A model generated the notes under the pieces. That model was not told the origin of the DNA. It was given only the letters and a program-made list of their open reading frames with translations, and made no database searches. A stretch of 64,000 nucleotides of DNA from Gemmatimonadaceae bacterium (GTDB taxonomy: Bacteria > Gemmatimonadota > Gemmatimonadetes > Gemmatimonadales > Gemmatimonadaceae): contig DATFHG010000111.1 of the NCBI GenBank assembly GCA_035248725.1, positions 20,252 to 84,251 of the forward strand, in the 5' to 3' direction. Position 1 is the stretch's first letter; each line of letters opens with the position of its first letter. Position numbers and translations under genes: made by a program. Shown in pieces: positions 18,988 to 28,347 of the stretch.

Positions 18988-19908
18988 ATGATCATCAAGG
19001 GCTATCGCGTCGGTCCACTGCTCAAGGGCACGGGCAAGGAGATTCTGAGTGACGGAGTCGGGTCACTCGCCGCGCAGACGGCGTACTACTTCTTCTTCTC
19101 CCTGTTCCCGCTCTTCCTGTTCGCGGCGCCGCTGCTGAGCCTCGTCGTCGACCGGGAAACGCTCATGAATCTCATCATGAGCCGCATCTCGAGCACCGTT
19201 CCCGCGGAAGCGAGCGGAGCGATCGGTCTCGTCCTGAAGAACATCGTCTTCGCGAAGAACGCTCCCGGCCTCATGTCGCTGGGCCTGCTGCTCGCGGCCT
19301 GGTCCGGCTCGAACATCTTCGGTGCGCTGATGGACGCTTTGAACAAGGCCTATGACGTCGACGAAACGCGCAGTTGGGTCAAGCGGCAGCTGATCCGACT
19401 CGGCATGCTCGTCCTCGGCGGCATCGTAATCGTCGTTGCCACGCTCGTGCTGCTCGGAGGGGAGGACGTCGCGCGCACTGTCGGTTCTTTTCTGCATCTC
19501 GGTGGCGCCGCGGTGATGGTGTGGAACATTCTCCAGTTTCCACTCGCGCTCGCGTTCCTCTTTGCGCTCGCGTTCCTCACCTACTGGTTGTTGCCCAACG
19601 TCAGGCAGACGAAATGGAACGTGTTCGTCGCGAGCATCGTGACCACCCTGCTCTGGGTCATCGCCACCCTGCTCTTTCGGTTATACGTGCAGCGCTTTCC
19701 GCCGAATCCCGCGTACGGAATCGTCGGCGGCATCATGATCCTGCTCACCTGGATGTACTACACGATGTTCGTGGTCCTCGCCGGTGGTGAGCTCGCGTCC
19801 GAGCTCCATCACGGCACAGGCGCGGTCGAGCCGCGGAAGGGCGCCACGTACTTCGGCCGAATCGTCTCCGGCGACAATCCCGGCGAGCCGTCCGTCAGCG
19901 CAGGATGA
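18988..19908 (+). CDS. YihY/BrkB-family membrane protein
   Basis: SLAAQTAYYFFFSLFPLFLF... and six hydrophobic segments, the typical YihY (formerly 'ribonuclease BN-like') layout. Confidence 0.85.
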   Translation: MIIKGYRVGPLLKGTGKEILSDGVGSLAAQTAYYFFFSLFPLFLFAAPLLSLVVDRETLMNLIMSRISSTVPAEASGAIGLVLKNIVFAKNAPGLMSLGLLLAAWSGSNIFGALMDALNKAYDVDETRSWVKRQLIRLGMLVLGGIVIVVATLVLLGGEDVARTVGSFLHLGGAAVMVWNILQFPLALAFLFALAFLTYWLLPNVRQTKWNVFVASIVTTLLWVIATLLFRLYVQRFPPNPAYGIVGGIMILLTWMYYTMFVVLAGGELASELHHGTGAVEPRKGATYFGRIVSGDNPGEPSVSAG

Positions 19909-20638
19909 CCGGCATTCCGCGCGCGAGCTGAAGCGTCTCCGACGCCCGGCCTTCGCGCACGACGATTTCGACAAAGCCGCTGGAGCCGACGACGGCCCCG
20001 GCCTGACCGGGCGAGAGCTCGGAATAGGTGCGACCGAGCGGGAAATCGTGTTCGTGGAACGAGACGCGGGTTCCGGCAACCCCCGCGAGGTTCGTGATCG
20101 CATTCCCGAATCGGTCGACCGCGATCACCTCACCGTGCAGCGAGCCGTCGCTGGCCCTTCGGGGTTCCGGCGTGCGACGAATGATGGGGTTCGACGACGC
20201 CGCTCCGAGCGCGTCCAGCGCCATGCCGCTTGCGAGCCGTGCGGCCGCCGGCGCGAAGACGTCGCGGCCGTGAAACGTGGCCGACGCGTTCGGAGGGATC
20301 GGCAGCTTCACCGCGCGTGCGTAGCGGGTCACGAGCGCGGGAGACAACACGCCATTGTCTGGTCCGACGAGGTAGCGTCCGTCGCTCGCGACAGCGAGAG
20401 CGCCACGCTCGGAACCGACGCCAGGATCCACGACGATCAGATGGACCGTGCCGGGCGGGTATCGCCGCCAGTAGCGCGCCAGTGTAAGTCGGGCCAGCTC
20501 CACGTCGTGCGCGGGCACCTCATGCGAGATGTCCACAAGCGTCGCGTCCGGCGCCTGGCTCACGAGCACACCCTTCATTTCGCCGACGTACCCGTCTGCG
20601 GTACCGAAATCCGTGAGCAACGTGATGACGGCAGGCAT
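19895..20638 (-). CDS. SAM hydroxide adenosyltransferase / SAM-dependent halogenase-like protein (DUF62 family)
   Basis: MPAVITLLTDFGTADGYVGEMKGVL...DISHEV...HLIVVDPGVGSERGALAV...YLVGPDNGVLSP. Confidence 0.85.
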   Translation of the reverse strand: MPAVITLLTDFGTADGYVGEMKGVLVSQAPDATLVDISHEVPAHDVELARLTLARYWRRYPPGTVHLIVVDPGVGSERGALAVASDGRYLVGPDNGVLSPALVTRYARAVKLPIPPNASATFHGRDVFAPAAARLASGMALDALGAASSNPIIRRTPEPRRASDGSLHGEVIAVDRFGNAITNLAGVAGTRVSFHEHDFPLGRTYSELSPGQAGAVVGSSGFVEIVVREGRASETLQLARGMPVILR

Positions 20639-20641
20639 GCC

Positions 20642-22081
20642 TTACACCGATCTGCGCTTCCAGCCGCCGGCACGCCAGAGCGACATCATGGCGAGGCCCC
20701 GCGCCGTGGCAGTGATGCTGATGACCCACCAGATGCCGGTCGTGCCCCAGCGCCATGCGGCCCATGCGGCGAGCGGCACGCGCGCCGCCGTGATCGTGGT
20801 GGAGGACAGCATCGGCGCCAGCGTGTGTCCCGCGCCGCCGAGCGCGCCTTCGAGAACGACCTCGGCGCAGATCGCCAGCTCGGAGACCGCGGCGATTCGT
20901 AGGTAGTTTGCGCCTTCACGGATCACCGCCGGATCGCTCGTGAACACGGCGGAAAAATGCTCGGGGATCGTCAGCTGTAGCACGAAGAACACGACACCGA
21001 GCCCCGAACAGAACGCCGTCGCCATCCATCCCGCGCGCGCTGCGCGATCCGCGCGCCCCGCTCCGAGATTCTGTCCGACAATGGCCGCGGTCGCAGCGCC
21101 AAAACCCACGCCGATCATGTACAACCAGCTCTCGACTCGGTGTCCGATGCCAAGTGCCGCGAGCGCCGGTGTGCCGAAGGGCGTCGCGCTGCGCGTGATG
21201 AAGACATAGATCACGCTGAACATCACCCCCGTCGCCGCGGTCGGCAGGCCCACGCGGCAGACTGCGAGCACGGCACGCCGGTCGAACCGGCCGATATGCA
21301 GCTGTCCTCCCCGCACGACCAGCATGAGGCCGAGTGCAAATGCCACCGAGCGTGTCGTCACCGTCGCGATCGCCGCGCCTGCGATGCCCAGCCGCGGCGC
21401 GGGGCCGAGGCCCATGATCAGCACGGGATCGAGCACCAGAGTGACGGCGACGGAGACCGCCAGGAGAATGAATGGCGTCCGTGCATCACCGGCGGCGCGA
21501 AACGCCGCGTCGACGGCAAAGAAGCCGAAGATGAGCGGCGTGCCGATCAGATACGTCCCGAGGTAACGCATCCCGAGCGACGTCACCTCCGGCGGCGTGT
21601 GCATGACGGCGAACAGCTGGGGCAGCACCGCGTGACCGACGAGAGCGATGGCGGTACCGCTGACCAGAGTGAACACGAGGGCGCTCCCCGCGGTCCGCGC
21701 GGCTTCCTCGCGGCGTCCCTCGCCGTACCGGCGCGCCGCGACGGCCGTCAGCCCGACGCTCACCATCTCCGCCACGGAGATGATGAGCCACACCCAGAAT
21801 ACCGACGTGGCCACGGCCGCGATTCCCGCGGCGCCGATCTTCGCCCCCACCCAATATGCGTCGACGGACGCGAAGATCGTCATCAGCAGCGTGGATGCGA
21901 CAGCCGGCATCGCGATCCGCGCGATCGTGCGTGGCAGCGGATCGGAGACGAGACGCGCCGCGTCGGGCGCGTCCGCGGGGACCGCGACAGGCGCCAGCCC
22001 TTCGTGGGGCTCCAATGGCAACGCGGCCGCCCGAGGGTCGGACGGCCGCGTCAACGCTTCCGGCGATCCGGTGATCGTCAC
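20642..22081 (-). CDS. MATE-family efflux transporter
   Basis: ORF 20642..22522, but its 5' third overlaps mrp out of frame. GTG 22081 overlaps the mrp stop (GTGA) and gives 479 aa. IARIAMPAVASTLLMTIFASVDAYWVG... with 12 hydrophobic segments. Confidence 0.85.
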   Translation of the reverse strand: MTITGSPEALTRPSDPRAAALPLEPHEGLAPVAVPADAPDAARLVSDPLPRTIARIAMPAVASTLLMTIFASVDAYWVGAKIGAAGIAAVATSVFWVWLIISVAEMVSVGLTAVAARRYGEGRREEAARTAGSALVFTLVSGTAIALVGHAVLPQLFAVMHTPPEVTSLGMRYLGTYLIGTPLIFGFFAVDAAFRAAGDARTPFILLAVSVAVTLVLDPVLIMGLGPAPRLGIAGAAIATVTTRSVAFALGLMLVVRGGQLHIGRFDRRAVLAVCRVGLPTAATGVMFSVIYVFITRSATPFGTPALAALGIGHRVESWLYMIGVGFGAATAAIVGQNLGAGRADRAARAGWMATAFCSGLGVVFFVLQLTIPEHFSAVFTSDPAVIREGANYLRIAAVSELAICAEVVLEGALGGAGHTLAPMLSSTTITAARVPLAAWAAWRWGTTGIWWVISITATARGLAMMSLWRAGGWKRRSV

Positions 22082-22938
22082 ACGGTGTGCGCGGCGGCAG
22101 CCGCAGCCTTGATCTTGTCGGCCACGCCGACGAGCGCGCGCGCCGCGTTCGACTGCGGCTCGGCCACGACGATTGGCTGACCGCGGTCGGCGGATTCCAG
22201 CACGCGCGGTTGCAGCGGGACCTGGCCCAACAGCGGCAGGCCCAGCTCGTTCGCGAGACGCTCGCCGCCTCCGCTGCCGAACAGCGCACTCGGTTTGCCG
22301 CAGTGCGGACACTCGAACCAGCTCATGTTCTCCACGATGCCCAATACCGGCACGTTGACACGCTGGAACATCTTTGCGCCCCGCAACGCGTCGCCCACCG
22401 CGACTTCCTGAGGCGTGGTGACGATCACCGCTCCGGCCACCTGCGTCGCCTGCACCAGTGACAGCTGTGCGTCGCCGGTGCCGGGAGGCATGTCCACGAT
22501 GAAGTAATCCAGTTGTCCCCATGCGACGTCGCGCAGAAACTGGTTCACGATCTTCATCACGATCGGCCCGCGCCAGATGGCCGGTTGATCGCGTTCGATC
22601 AGGAACCCGAGACTGATGACCTTCACGCCGTGGGCCTCCAGCGGGACGATCTTCTCGTTGATGACCGACGGCGGCGAGTTCACGCCCATCATGCGCGGAA
22701 CGTTCGGACCGTAGACGTCCGCGTCCATGAGGCCCACGCGCGCACCGGCGTTCGCGAGTGCGGTGGCGACGTTGGTCGCGATGGTCGACTTCCCCACCCC
22801 GCCCTTGCCGCTCGAGATCGCGATGACCTGGCCGAGCTCGGGAAAATAGGTTGGCTGCTGCGCGGGAACGGGCTTCGGCGTCGGCCGCGTATCCATGACG
22901 GGCAGCGTTCGGCCGCCCGTCGCCTGCTTCTCACTCAT
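22078..22938 (-). CDS. apbC: Mrp/ApbC/NBP35-family Fe-S cluster carrier ATPase
   Basis: Deviant Walker A AISSGKGGVGKSTIATNVATALA, DADVYGPNVPRMMG, CPHCG motif. Confidence 0.92.
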   Translation of the reverse strand: MSEKQATGGRTLPVMDTRPTPKPVPAQQPTYFPELGQVIAISSGKGGVGKSTIATNVATALANAGARVGLMDADVYGPNVPRMMGVNSPPSVINEKIVPLEAHGVKVISLGFLIERDQPAIWRGPIVMKIVNQFLRDVAWGQLDYFIVDMPPGTGDAQLSLVQATQVAGAVIVTTPQEVAVGDALRGAKMFQRVNVPVLGIVENMSWFECPHCGKPSALFGSGGGERLANELGLPLLGQVPLQPRVLESADRGQPIVVAEPQSNAARALVGVADKIKAAAAAAHTV

Positions 22939-22947
22939 GATCGCAAC

Positions 22948-23958
22948 CTACAGAACGCCACGCGCTTCTGCGAGCACGCGCTCGCGAACGTCGTCGAGCG
23001 AGCCGGCGATGAGCGCACCCGCCGCCCGTGCGTGACCGCCGCCGCCGAACTTCCGGGCAAACGCGTTCACGTCCACGCCGCCGGTGCTCCGGAATGACGC
23101 CTTCACCTTGCCGTGGCCAAGATCGCGAAAGAACACGGCCATGCGCGTGCCCGCGATCGCGCGCGCATGCTCCACGATCCCGTCGAGGTCTTCCTGACGA
23201 ACGTGGTAGTGCTCCATCGCCCCTGCGCGCATGGAGAGCCACGCGAGCCCCTTCCCCTCATCCACACCCAGCGACTGCAGCACCTCGGCCAGAAGGCGCA
23301 CCCGGCCGGCGGGCGCCGATGCGTATACACGCTGGTACAGCTCCTCCGGATCCACACCCGCCGCGAGGAGATCGGCAGCGACCGCGTGACTGCGCGGCGT
23401 CGTGTTGCTGAAACGGAAGCCGCCGGTGTCGGTGAGGATCGCGCTGTACAGCGACCGCGCGATGCGCGGCGTGATCTCGTATCCCAGCTCGCACGCCAGA
23501 TCGTACACCAGCTCGCCGGTCGCGCACGCCGTGGTATCCGTGAGCACGATGTCGCCCGCCTTGTCGTCGGACGCGATGTGATGGTCGATCACGAGACGCG
23601 GCACCGTGAGAGTGCGCACGGTGTCCGCGAGACCGCCCAGACGCTTGACGTCGCTGATGTCGAGCACGATCAGCAGGTCGATGCCCTGCAGCGCGTCCGC
23701 GCCGTCCGCCGACCGGTCCTCGACGTCGTCCGCCAGCAGGAAATCGAAGAGGTCGGGCCATGGCGTGGGATTCACGATGTGCACCGCGAGTCCGCGCTGC
23801 TGGAGCATGCGCGCCAGGGCGGTCTCGCTGCCGCAGCCGTCTCCGTCCGCGTTGATGTGCGTGGAGAGCGCGACGCGGCGGCCGGGCTGGAATTCCGCCG
23901 CGACGCGGCGAATCCCTTCCTTGCGCTGCGCGGAGATCTTGAAGAAGTCCTGATGCAT
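22948..23958 (-). CDS. nrnA: DHH/DHHA1 phosphoesterase (NrnA-like oligoribonuclease / pAp phosphatase)
   Basis: HINADGDGCGSE..., DHH motif VIDHHIASD, DHHA1 motif FGGGGHARAAGA. Start taken at ATG 23958 (MHQDFFKIS...). Confidence 0.85.
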   Translation of the reverse strand: MHQDFFKISAQRKEGIRRVAAEFQPGRRVALSTHINADGDGCGSETALARMLQQRGLAVHIVNPTPWPDLFDFLLADDVEDRSADGADALQGIDLLIVLDISDVKRLGGLADTVRTLTVPRLVIDHHIASDDKAGDIVLTDTTACATGELVYDLACELGYEITPRIARSLYSAILTDTGGFRFSNTTPRSHAVAADLLAAGVDPEELYQRVYASAPAGRVRLLAEVLQSLGVDEGKGLAWLSMRAGAMEHYHVRQEDLDGIVEHARAIAGTRMAVFFRDLGHGKVKASFRSTGGVDVNAFARKFGGGGHARAAGALIAGSLDDVRERVLAEARGVL

Positions 23959-24003
23959 GGGGATCAGACGTCGTATGCGGTTCCGTTTAACGACGCTCGG
24001 CCA

Positions 24004-24038
24004 CAAAAAGAAGCGGCGTCCGCACCTGCGGACGCCGC
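24004..24038 (-). terminator. Intrinsic terminator after the amino-acid permease gene
   Basis: Perfect 12-bp stem GCGGCGTCCGCA (24013-24024) / TGCGGACGCCGC (24027-24038). On the minus strand it is followed by TTCTTTTTG. It lies 29 nt after the stop at 24067. Confidence 0.75.
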
Positions 24039-24066
24039 CCCAAGATACTCTGTCCGCGCCCGACGA

Positions 24067-25653
24067 TCAGCGCGCCGCAGCCGCCGCGTTGTCCGCCGCG
24101 GTTCGCGCGTGGTTCTTTCCGTACGTGAAGTAGATGACGAATCCGATGATCATCCAGACGATCAACCGGATCCACGTGTCCTTCGGAAGGAACGCCATCA
24201 TCCCGAAGCACACCAGTATGCCCAGGATGGGCACGAGCGGAACGAGCGGCGTGCGGAACGGACGCGGCAGGTCCGGCCGCTTGCGGCGCAGCACGATGAT
24301 GCTCGCGCACACGATGACGAACGCCAGCAGCGTCCCGATCGAGACGAGCTCGCCCAGGAGTCCGATCGGGAAGAATCCCGCGAAGAATGCCGCCACCACG
24401 CCGGTCACGATCGTGGTGACATACGGCGTACGGAACCGGGGATGCACCTTTCCGAACGCGGGTGGCAACAGCCCGTCGCGCGACATGGCGTAGAAGACGC
24501 GCGCCTGTCCCATCATCATGACCAGGACCACCGATGACAGCCCGGCAATCGCACCCACGTTGATGAAGTACGTCAGCCACTTGAGCGGTTGTCCCGCCTT
24601 CTCGATCGCCACGTACACGGGGTGCGGGACGCCGAGCTCCGTGTAATGCGCGAGCCCCGTCATGACGAGCGACATCAGGATGTACAGCACGGTGCAGATG
24701 GCGAGCGACGCCAGGATGCCGATCGGCATGTCGCGCTGCGGATTCTTGGCTTCCTGCGCGGCGGTCGACACCGCGTCGAAACCGATGTACGCGAAGAAGA
24801 CCACCGCGGCTGCCCGCACCACTCCCGTCCATCCGTAATGCCCGAACTCGCCGGTGCCGGCCGGAATGAAAGGCGTCCAGTTGGAGGATTTCACGTACAT
24901 GAAGCCGAATCCGATGACCAGGAACACGATCGCCAGCTTCACGAATACAATGATGTTGTTGAAACGCGCCGATTCCTTGATGCCGATCACCAGCAGCGTC
25001 GTGATCAGCCCGACGAGCACGATCGCGGGAAGGTTGATGACGCCACCGTGTATCGTGCCTCCCGCCGCGGAACACAGCGCCGCGGCGTTGCCCGCCGCCG
25101 CGCCCGCCGCTTTCTGCAGCGAGTCGAGGGGCAGCAGGCCATTGTTGGAGGTCACGCACAACGTCGACTTCACCAGGGTGTGCGTGCCTTCGACCGTCAT
25201 GGGCGCCGAGGCCCACGCGGGCGGCAGGCTGAGGCCGATTTCCGTGAGAAATGCGCTGAAGTACCCCGACCAGCCTACGGCGACCGTCGCGGCGCCGAAG
25301 AGGTACTCGAGCATCAGGTCCCAGCCGATGATCCAGGCGAAAAACTCGCCCAGCGTCGCGTAACTGTAGGTGTAGGCGCTCCCGGCGATCGGAATCATCG
25401 CCGCGAACTCCGCGTAGCACAGGCCCGCGAATACGCAGCCGATGCCGGAGATTACGAACGAAAGCACGACGGCGGGGCCCGCATAGGCCGCCGCCGCTTG
25501 TCCCGTCAGTACGAAGATGCCCGCGCCGATGATCGCGCCGATGCCGAGCAACGTGAGGTTCCACGCGCCCAGTGCGCGTCGGAGTGTGTGCTCGCCCTCG
25601 GTTGACGCTTCATCCTGCAGCAGGGCGATGCTCTTGGTCGTCCACAGTCCCAT
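24067..25653 (-). CDS. APC-superfamily amino acid permease
   Basis: [32 protein letters not shown]...[15 protein letters not shown] and about 13 hydrophobic segments. Start ATG 25653 (MGLWTTKS...). Confidence 0.9.
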   Translation of the reverse strand: MGLWTTKSIALLQDEASTEGEHTLRRALGAWNLTLLGIGAIIGAGIFVLTGQAAAAYAGPAVVLSFVISGIGCVFAGLCYAEFAAMIPIAGSAYTYSYATLGEFFAWIIGWDLMLEYLFGAATVAVGWSGYFSAFLTEIGLSLPPAWASAPMTVEGTHTLVKSTLCVTSNNGLLPLDSLQKAAGAAAGNAAALCSAAGGTIHGGVINLPAIVLVGLITTLLVIGIKESARFNNIIVFVKLAIVFLVIGFGFMYVKSSNWTPFIPAGTGEFGHYGWTGVVRAAAVVFFAYIGFDAVSTAAQEAKNPQRDMPIGILASLAICTVLYILMSLVMTGLAHYTELGVPHPVYVAIEKAGQPLKWLTYFINVGAIAGLSSVVLVMMMGQARVFYAMSRDGLLPPAFGKVHPRFRTPYVTTIVTGVVAAFFAGFFPIGLLGELVSIGTLLAFVIVCASIIVLRRKRPDLPRPFRTPLVPLVPILGILVCFGMMAFLPKDTWIRLIVWMIIGFVIYFTYGKNHARTAADNAAAAAR

Positions 25654-25678
25654 GCGAAGTCTCCCGTGGGGTACGGAC

Positions 25679-25705
25679 AGAAAAACGGGGGCCTTCGTGC
25701 CCCCG
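25679..25705 (-). terminator. Intrinsic terminator after guaB
   Basis: CGGGGGC (25686-25692) / GCCCCCG (25699-25705) with a 6-nt loop. On the minus strand it is followed by TTTTTCTG. It lies 31 nt after the guaB stop. Confidence 0.75.
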
Positions 25706-25736
25706 AGTGTATACAACGTACGGCCGTCAGCGCGCT

Positions 25737-27173
25737 CTAGCCACTGTAATTCGGCGCCTCTCTCGTGATGGTCACGTCGTGCGGATGGGATTCACGGAGG
25801 CCGGCCATGGTGACGCGCACGAACTCGGCGCGCGTGCGCAGATCGTCCACCGTCGCGCACCCCACGTAGCCCATGCCGCTGCGCAGACCGCCGATCATCT
25901 GGTACAGCACGTCCCCCACCGGGCCCTTGTACGGCACGCGCCCTTCGATACCCTCGGGCACGAGCTTGCGGGCGGAGAGCTCGCCTTCCTGGAAGTACCG
26001 GTCCGCGCTGCCGTCCTGCATCGCGCTCAGGGAGCCCATGCCACGGACCATCTTGTATCTCCGTCCCTCGAGGAGGAACGCTTCGCCCGGGCTCTCTTCG
26101 GTACCGGCGAGCATCGACCCCATCATCACCGAGCTCGCGCCCGCGGCCAACGCTTTCACGATGTCACCGGAGTACTTGATGCCGCCGTCCGCGATTACCG
26201 GGACATCGCCCGCTCCCGCCACCGCGTCCATGACGGCGGTGAGCTGCGGAACGCCGACTCCGGTCACGACGCGCGTCGTACAGATGGATCCCGGTCCCAC
26301 GCCGCACTTCACGGCGTCGACGCCGCGCTCGACCAGTGCGCGGGCGCCGTCGCGTGTCGCGATGTTGCCGGCGATCAATTGCACGTCCGCGAACGCGTCG
26401 CGAACCTGCGCCGTCGCGCGCAGGACGCCGTCGCTATGGCCGTGTGCCGTGTCAATGATCAGTGCGTCGACGCCCGCATCCACGAGCGCACGCGCGCGTG
26501 CGAGAAAGTCGCCCGCTGCCCCGATCGCCGCGGCGACCCGCAATCGGCCATGACGATCCTTGTTCGCTTCCGGATAGCGACGCCGCTTGTGGATGTCCTT
26601 CACCGTGATGAGCCCGCGCAGTCGCCGCTCCTTGTCGACAACGGGCAGTTTCTCGATGCGGTGCTTCGCCATGATCTGCTCGGCTTCATCGAGGGTCGTG
26701 CCCTCCGGCGCGGTGACCAGACGATCCTTCGTCATCGCGTCGCGGAGTGGCCGATCCAGCTCACGCTCGAATTGCAGATCGCGGTTCGTGATGATCCCGA
26801 CCAACCGGTCATCATCGTCGACGATCGGAACGCCCGAGATGCTGAAGCGCGCCATCAGGGCGGTGGCCGCACGCACCGTGTCGTCCGGGCGGAGTGTGAT
26901 GGGCCTGAGGATCATGCCGCTCTCACTGCGCTTCACGCGGTCCACTTCGGCCGCCTGCCGGTCGATGGACATGTTCTTGTGCAGCACGCCGATGCCTCCG
27001 GCGCGCGCCATCGCGATGGCCATCTCCGATTCCGTCACCGTATCCATCGCCGCGGATGCGAGCGGCACCTGGAGCGCGATGCCTCGCGTGAAGCGCGACG
27101 CGGTGGATACGTCGCGCGGGTGCGTCAGCGAGTGCTTCGGCACCAGCAGCACGTCATCAAACGTTAGAGCCAC
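25737..27173 (-). CDS. guaB: IMP dehydrogenase
   Basis: [14 protein letters not shown], two CBS domains, catalytic loop [27 protein letters not shown]. The ORF extends to ATG 27302, but that extension has weak third-position GC and contains a terminator-like hairpin (27241-27274). GTG 27173 (M-ALTFDDV) is therefore preferred. Confidence 0.93.
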   Translation of the reverse strand: MALTFDDVLLVPKHSLTHPRDVSTASRFTRGIALQVPLASAAMDTVTESEMAIAMARAGGIGVLHKNMSIDRQAAEVDRVKRSESGMILRPITLRPDDTVRAATALMARFSISGVPIVDDDDRLVGIITNRDLQFERELDRPLRDAMTKDRLVTAPEGTTLDEAEQIMAKHRIEKLPVVDKERRLRGLITVKDIHKRRRYPEANKDRHGRLRVAAAIGAAGDFLARARALVDAGVDALIIDTAHGHSDGVLRATAQVRDAFADVQLIAGNIATRDGARALVERGVDAVKCGVGPGSICTTRVVTGVGVPQLTAVMDAVAGAGDVPVIADGGIKYSGDIVKALAAGASSVMMGSMLAGTEESPGEAFLLEGRRYKMVRGMGSLSAMQDGSADRYFQEGELSARKLVPEGIEGRVPYKGPVGDVLYQMIGGLRSGMGYVGCATVDDLRTRAEFVRVTMAGLRESHPHDVTITREAPNYSG

Positions 27174-27231
27174 GTCAGCGCGGACCCTGGATGCGTCACC
27201 GCGTGGCTCGCGTAGCTGTTCGCTGTCCTCG

Positions 27232-27274
27232 GAACGCAAAGGCCCGCCACCAGAGCGATCCTGGTGAGCGGGCC
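27232..27274 (-). terminator. Terminator-like hairpin between the DUF1232 gene and guaB
   Basis: GGCCCGCCACCAG (27241-27253) pairs with CTGGTG-A-GCGGGCC (27261-27274): 13 bp with one bulge. On the minus strand it is followed by CTTTGCGTT. Confidence 0.55.
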
Positions 27275-27315
27275 GTGTCGTCGAGCGAGTTCCTGTCGCC
27301 ATGGTGAAATGTAGC

Positions 27316-27807
27316 TTACCGCCCGAGCGCCCTCAACCGTCGTCGCACACGTCGCGGCAGGAAGAACGCCGCCGCGAGCATCACCTTCCGGAGATTCAGC
27401 TCGCGCAGGTCCTCGGGATTGCCCGTCCAGTGTGACAACAGCACGGAGCGACCGGCATTTTGCATCAAACGACGCAGCGCGAGCACGAGGAGATACACGT
27501 CGTCCACCTCACCGAGGAAGGGGACGAAGTCCGGGATCAGATCAATCGGCGTGACGATGTACGCGATCGCTCCGGCAACCAGCAGTTTGTCCAGCGTCGC
27601 CACGCGACTGTCGCTGATCAGGCCCCATAAGAGCCGCAGGAATCGAGGCAGCTCCGCCACGTATCCCATGACCGTCCGCTTGGCACCGGTTCTTGGCTGC
27701 CCCTCGACCTCCCGCACGGGTCGACGTGCGCCGCGCCCGCGCGCCGCACTCGCCGACGCCGCTGATCTCTCACGAGCCGATGCTCGCGCGCTTTTGGGAA
27801 CCGCCAT
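27316..27807 (-). CDS. DUF1232 (YkvA-like) membrane protein
   Basis: [40 protein letters not shown] is the DUF1232 core. The N-terminus is Arg/Ala-rich, so the start may be a later Met. Confidence 0.75.
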   Translation of the reverse strand: MAVPKSARASARERSAASASAARGRGARRPVREVEGQPRTGAKRTVMGYVAELPRFLRLLWGLISDSRVATLDKLLVAGAIAYIVTPIDLIPDFVPFLGEVDDVYLLVLALRRLMQNAGRSVLLSHWTGNPEDLRELNLRKVMLAAAFFLPRRVRRRLRALGR

Positions 27808-28281
27808 CTAGAGACGCTCCTGTCCCGAGCCGGGCTCTCGAACGCCGTGAGCCGGACTGGACGCTTCGGATGTTATTGTACTCCCACCTGTCGACGCGGG
27901 CGGTGCGCTCGGCGTCGCGGTGCTCGGCGTCCCAGGAGCAGCAGTCGTACCGCTGGGTCCGCGAGCGGGGCTGCTGACGTTCTGCGCCGCCGTCACGATG
28001 TCGCTGGCGACGGATTTCCCCGCGGCGACGGCGCCATTGAGCACGTTCGCGGCGCGATTGAGCAAACCCATCGTCTCGGCGATGGCCGTCGCGGACACTT
28101 TACCGGCCCGCAGTCGATCTTCGACGGCTTCCGTGAATCTCGTGAACGCGTTGCCTGTGGGATTCTGGCGTTCGGCGTACTTGGATTCCAGAAACTCGAT
28201 GTAGTCGAGCACCTGGTAGCCACGTTCATCCGTGAACGTGTCGAGCTTCCGAAGGATGCGGTCGCGCAAATGGGCGTTCAT
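27808..28281 (-). CDS. Hypothetical protein with helical N-domain and Pro/Thr/Ser-rich tail
   Basis: MNAHLRDRILRKLDTFTDERGYQVLDYIEFLESKYAERQ... followed by ...SSPARGPSGTTAAPGTPSTATPSAPPASTGGSTITSEASSP. Its stop abuts the ATG of the DUF1232 gene. No family recognised. Confidence 0.55.
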   Translation of the reverse strand: MNAHLRDRILRKLDTFTDERGYQVLDYIEFLESKYAERQNPTGNAFTRFTEAVEDRLRAGKVSATAIAETMGLLNRAANVLNGAVAAGKSVASDIVTAAQNVSSPARGPSGTTAAPGTPSTATPSAPPASTGGSTITSEASSPAHGVREPGSGQERL

Positions 28282-28347
28282 ACAGCAAGCAATCTACCGC
28301 GCCCCACGTTCTCTGCCGCCGCCGCTACGCCGACCCTCGACCCGCTG

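Noticed and set aside
20642-22522. 626-aa version of the MATE transporter; likewise the N-terminal extensions of ORFs 12110..13357, 34386..35558, 42882..44207, 43871..44932, 57076..58659 and 54627..56102.
   Set aside because: The extensions overlap neighbouring well-supported genes out of frame. Internal starts coincide with stop/start overlaps (ATGA/GTGA/TTGA) and with family-typical N-termini.
25737-27302. Full-length guaB ORF starting at ATG 27302 (43 extra N-terminal residues).
   Set aside because: The extension has noticeably weaker third-position GC and no similarity to IMPDH N-termini. It also contains a 13-bp-stem terminator-like hairpin (27241-27274). GTG 27173 gives the family-typical M-ALTFDDV start.
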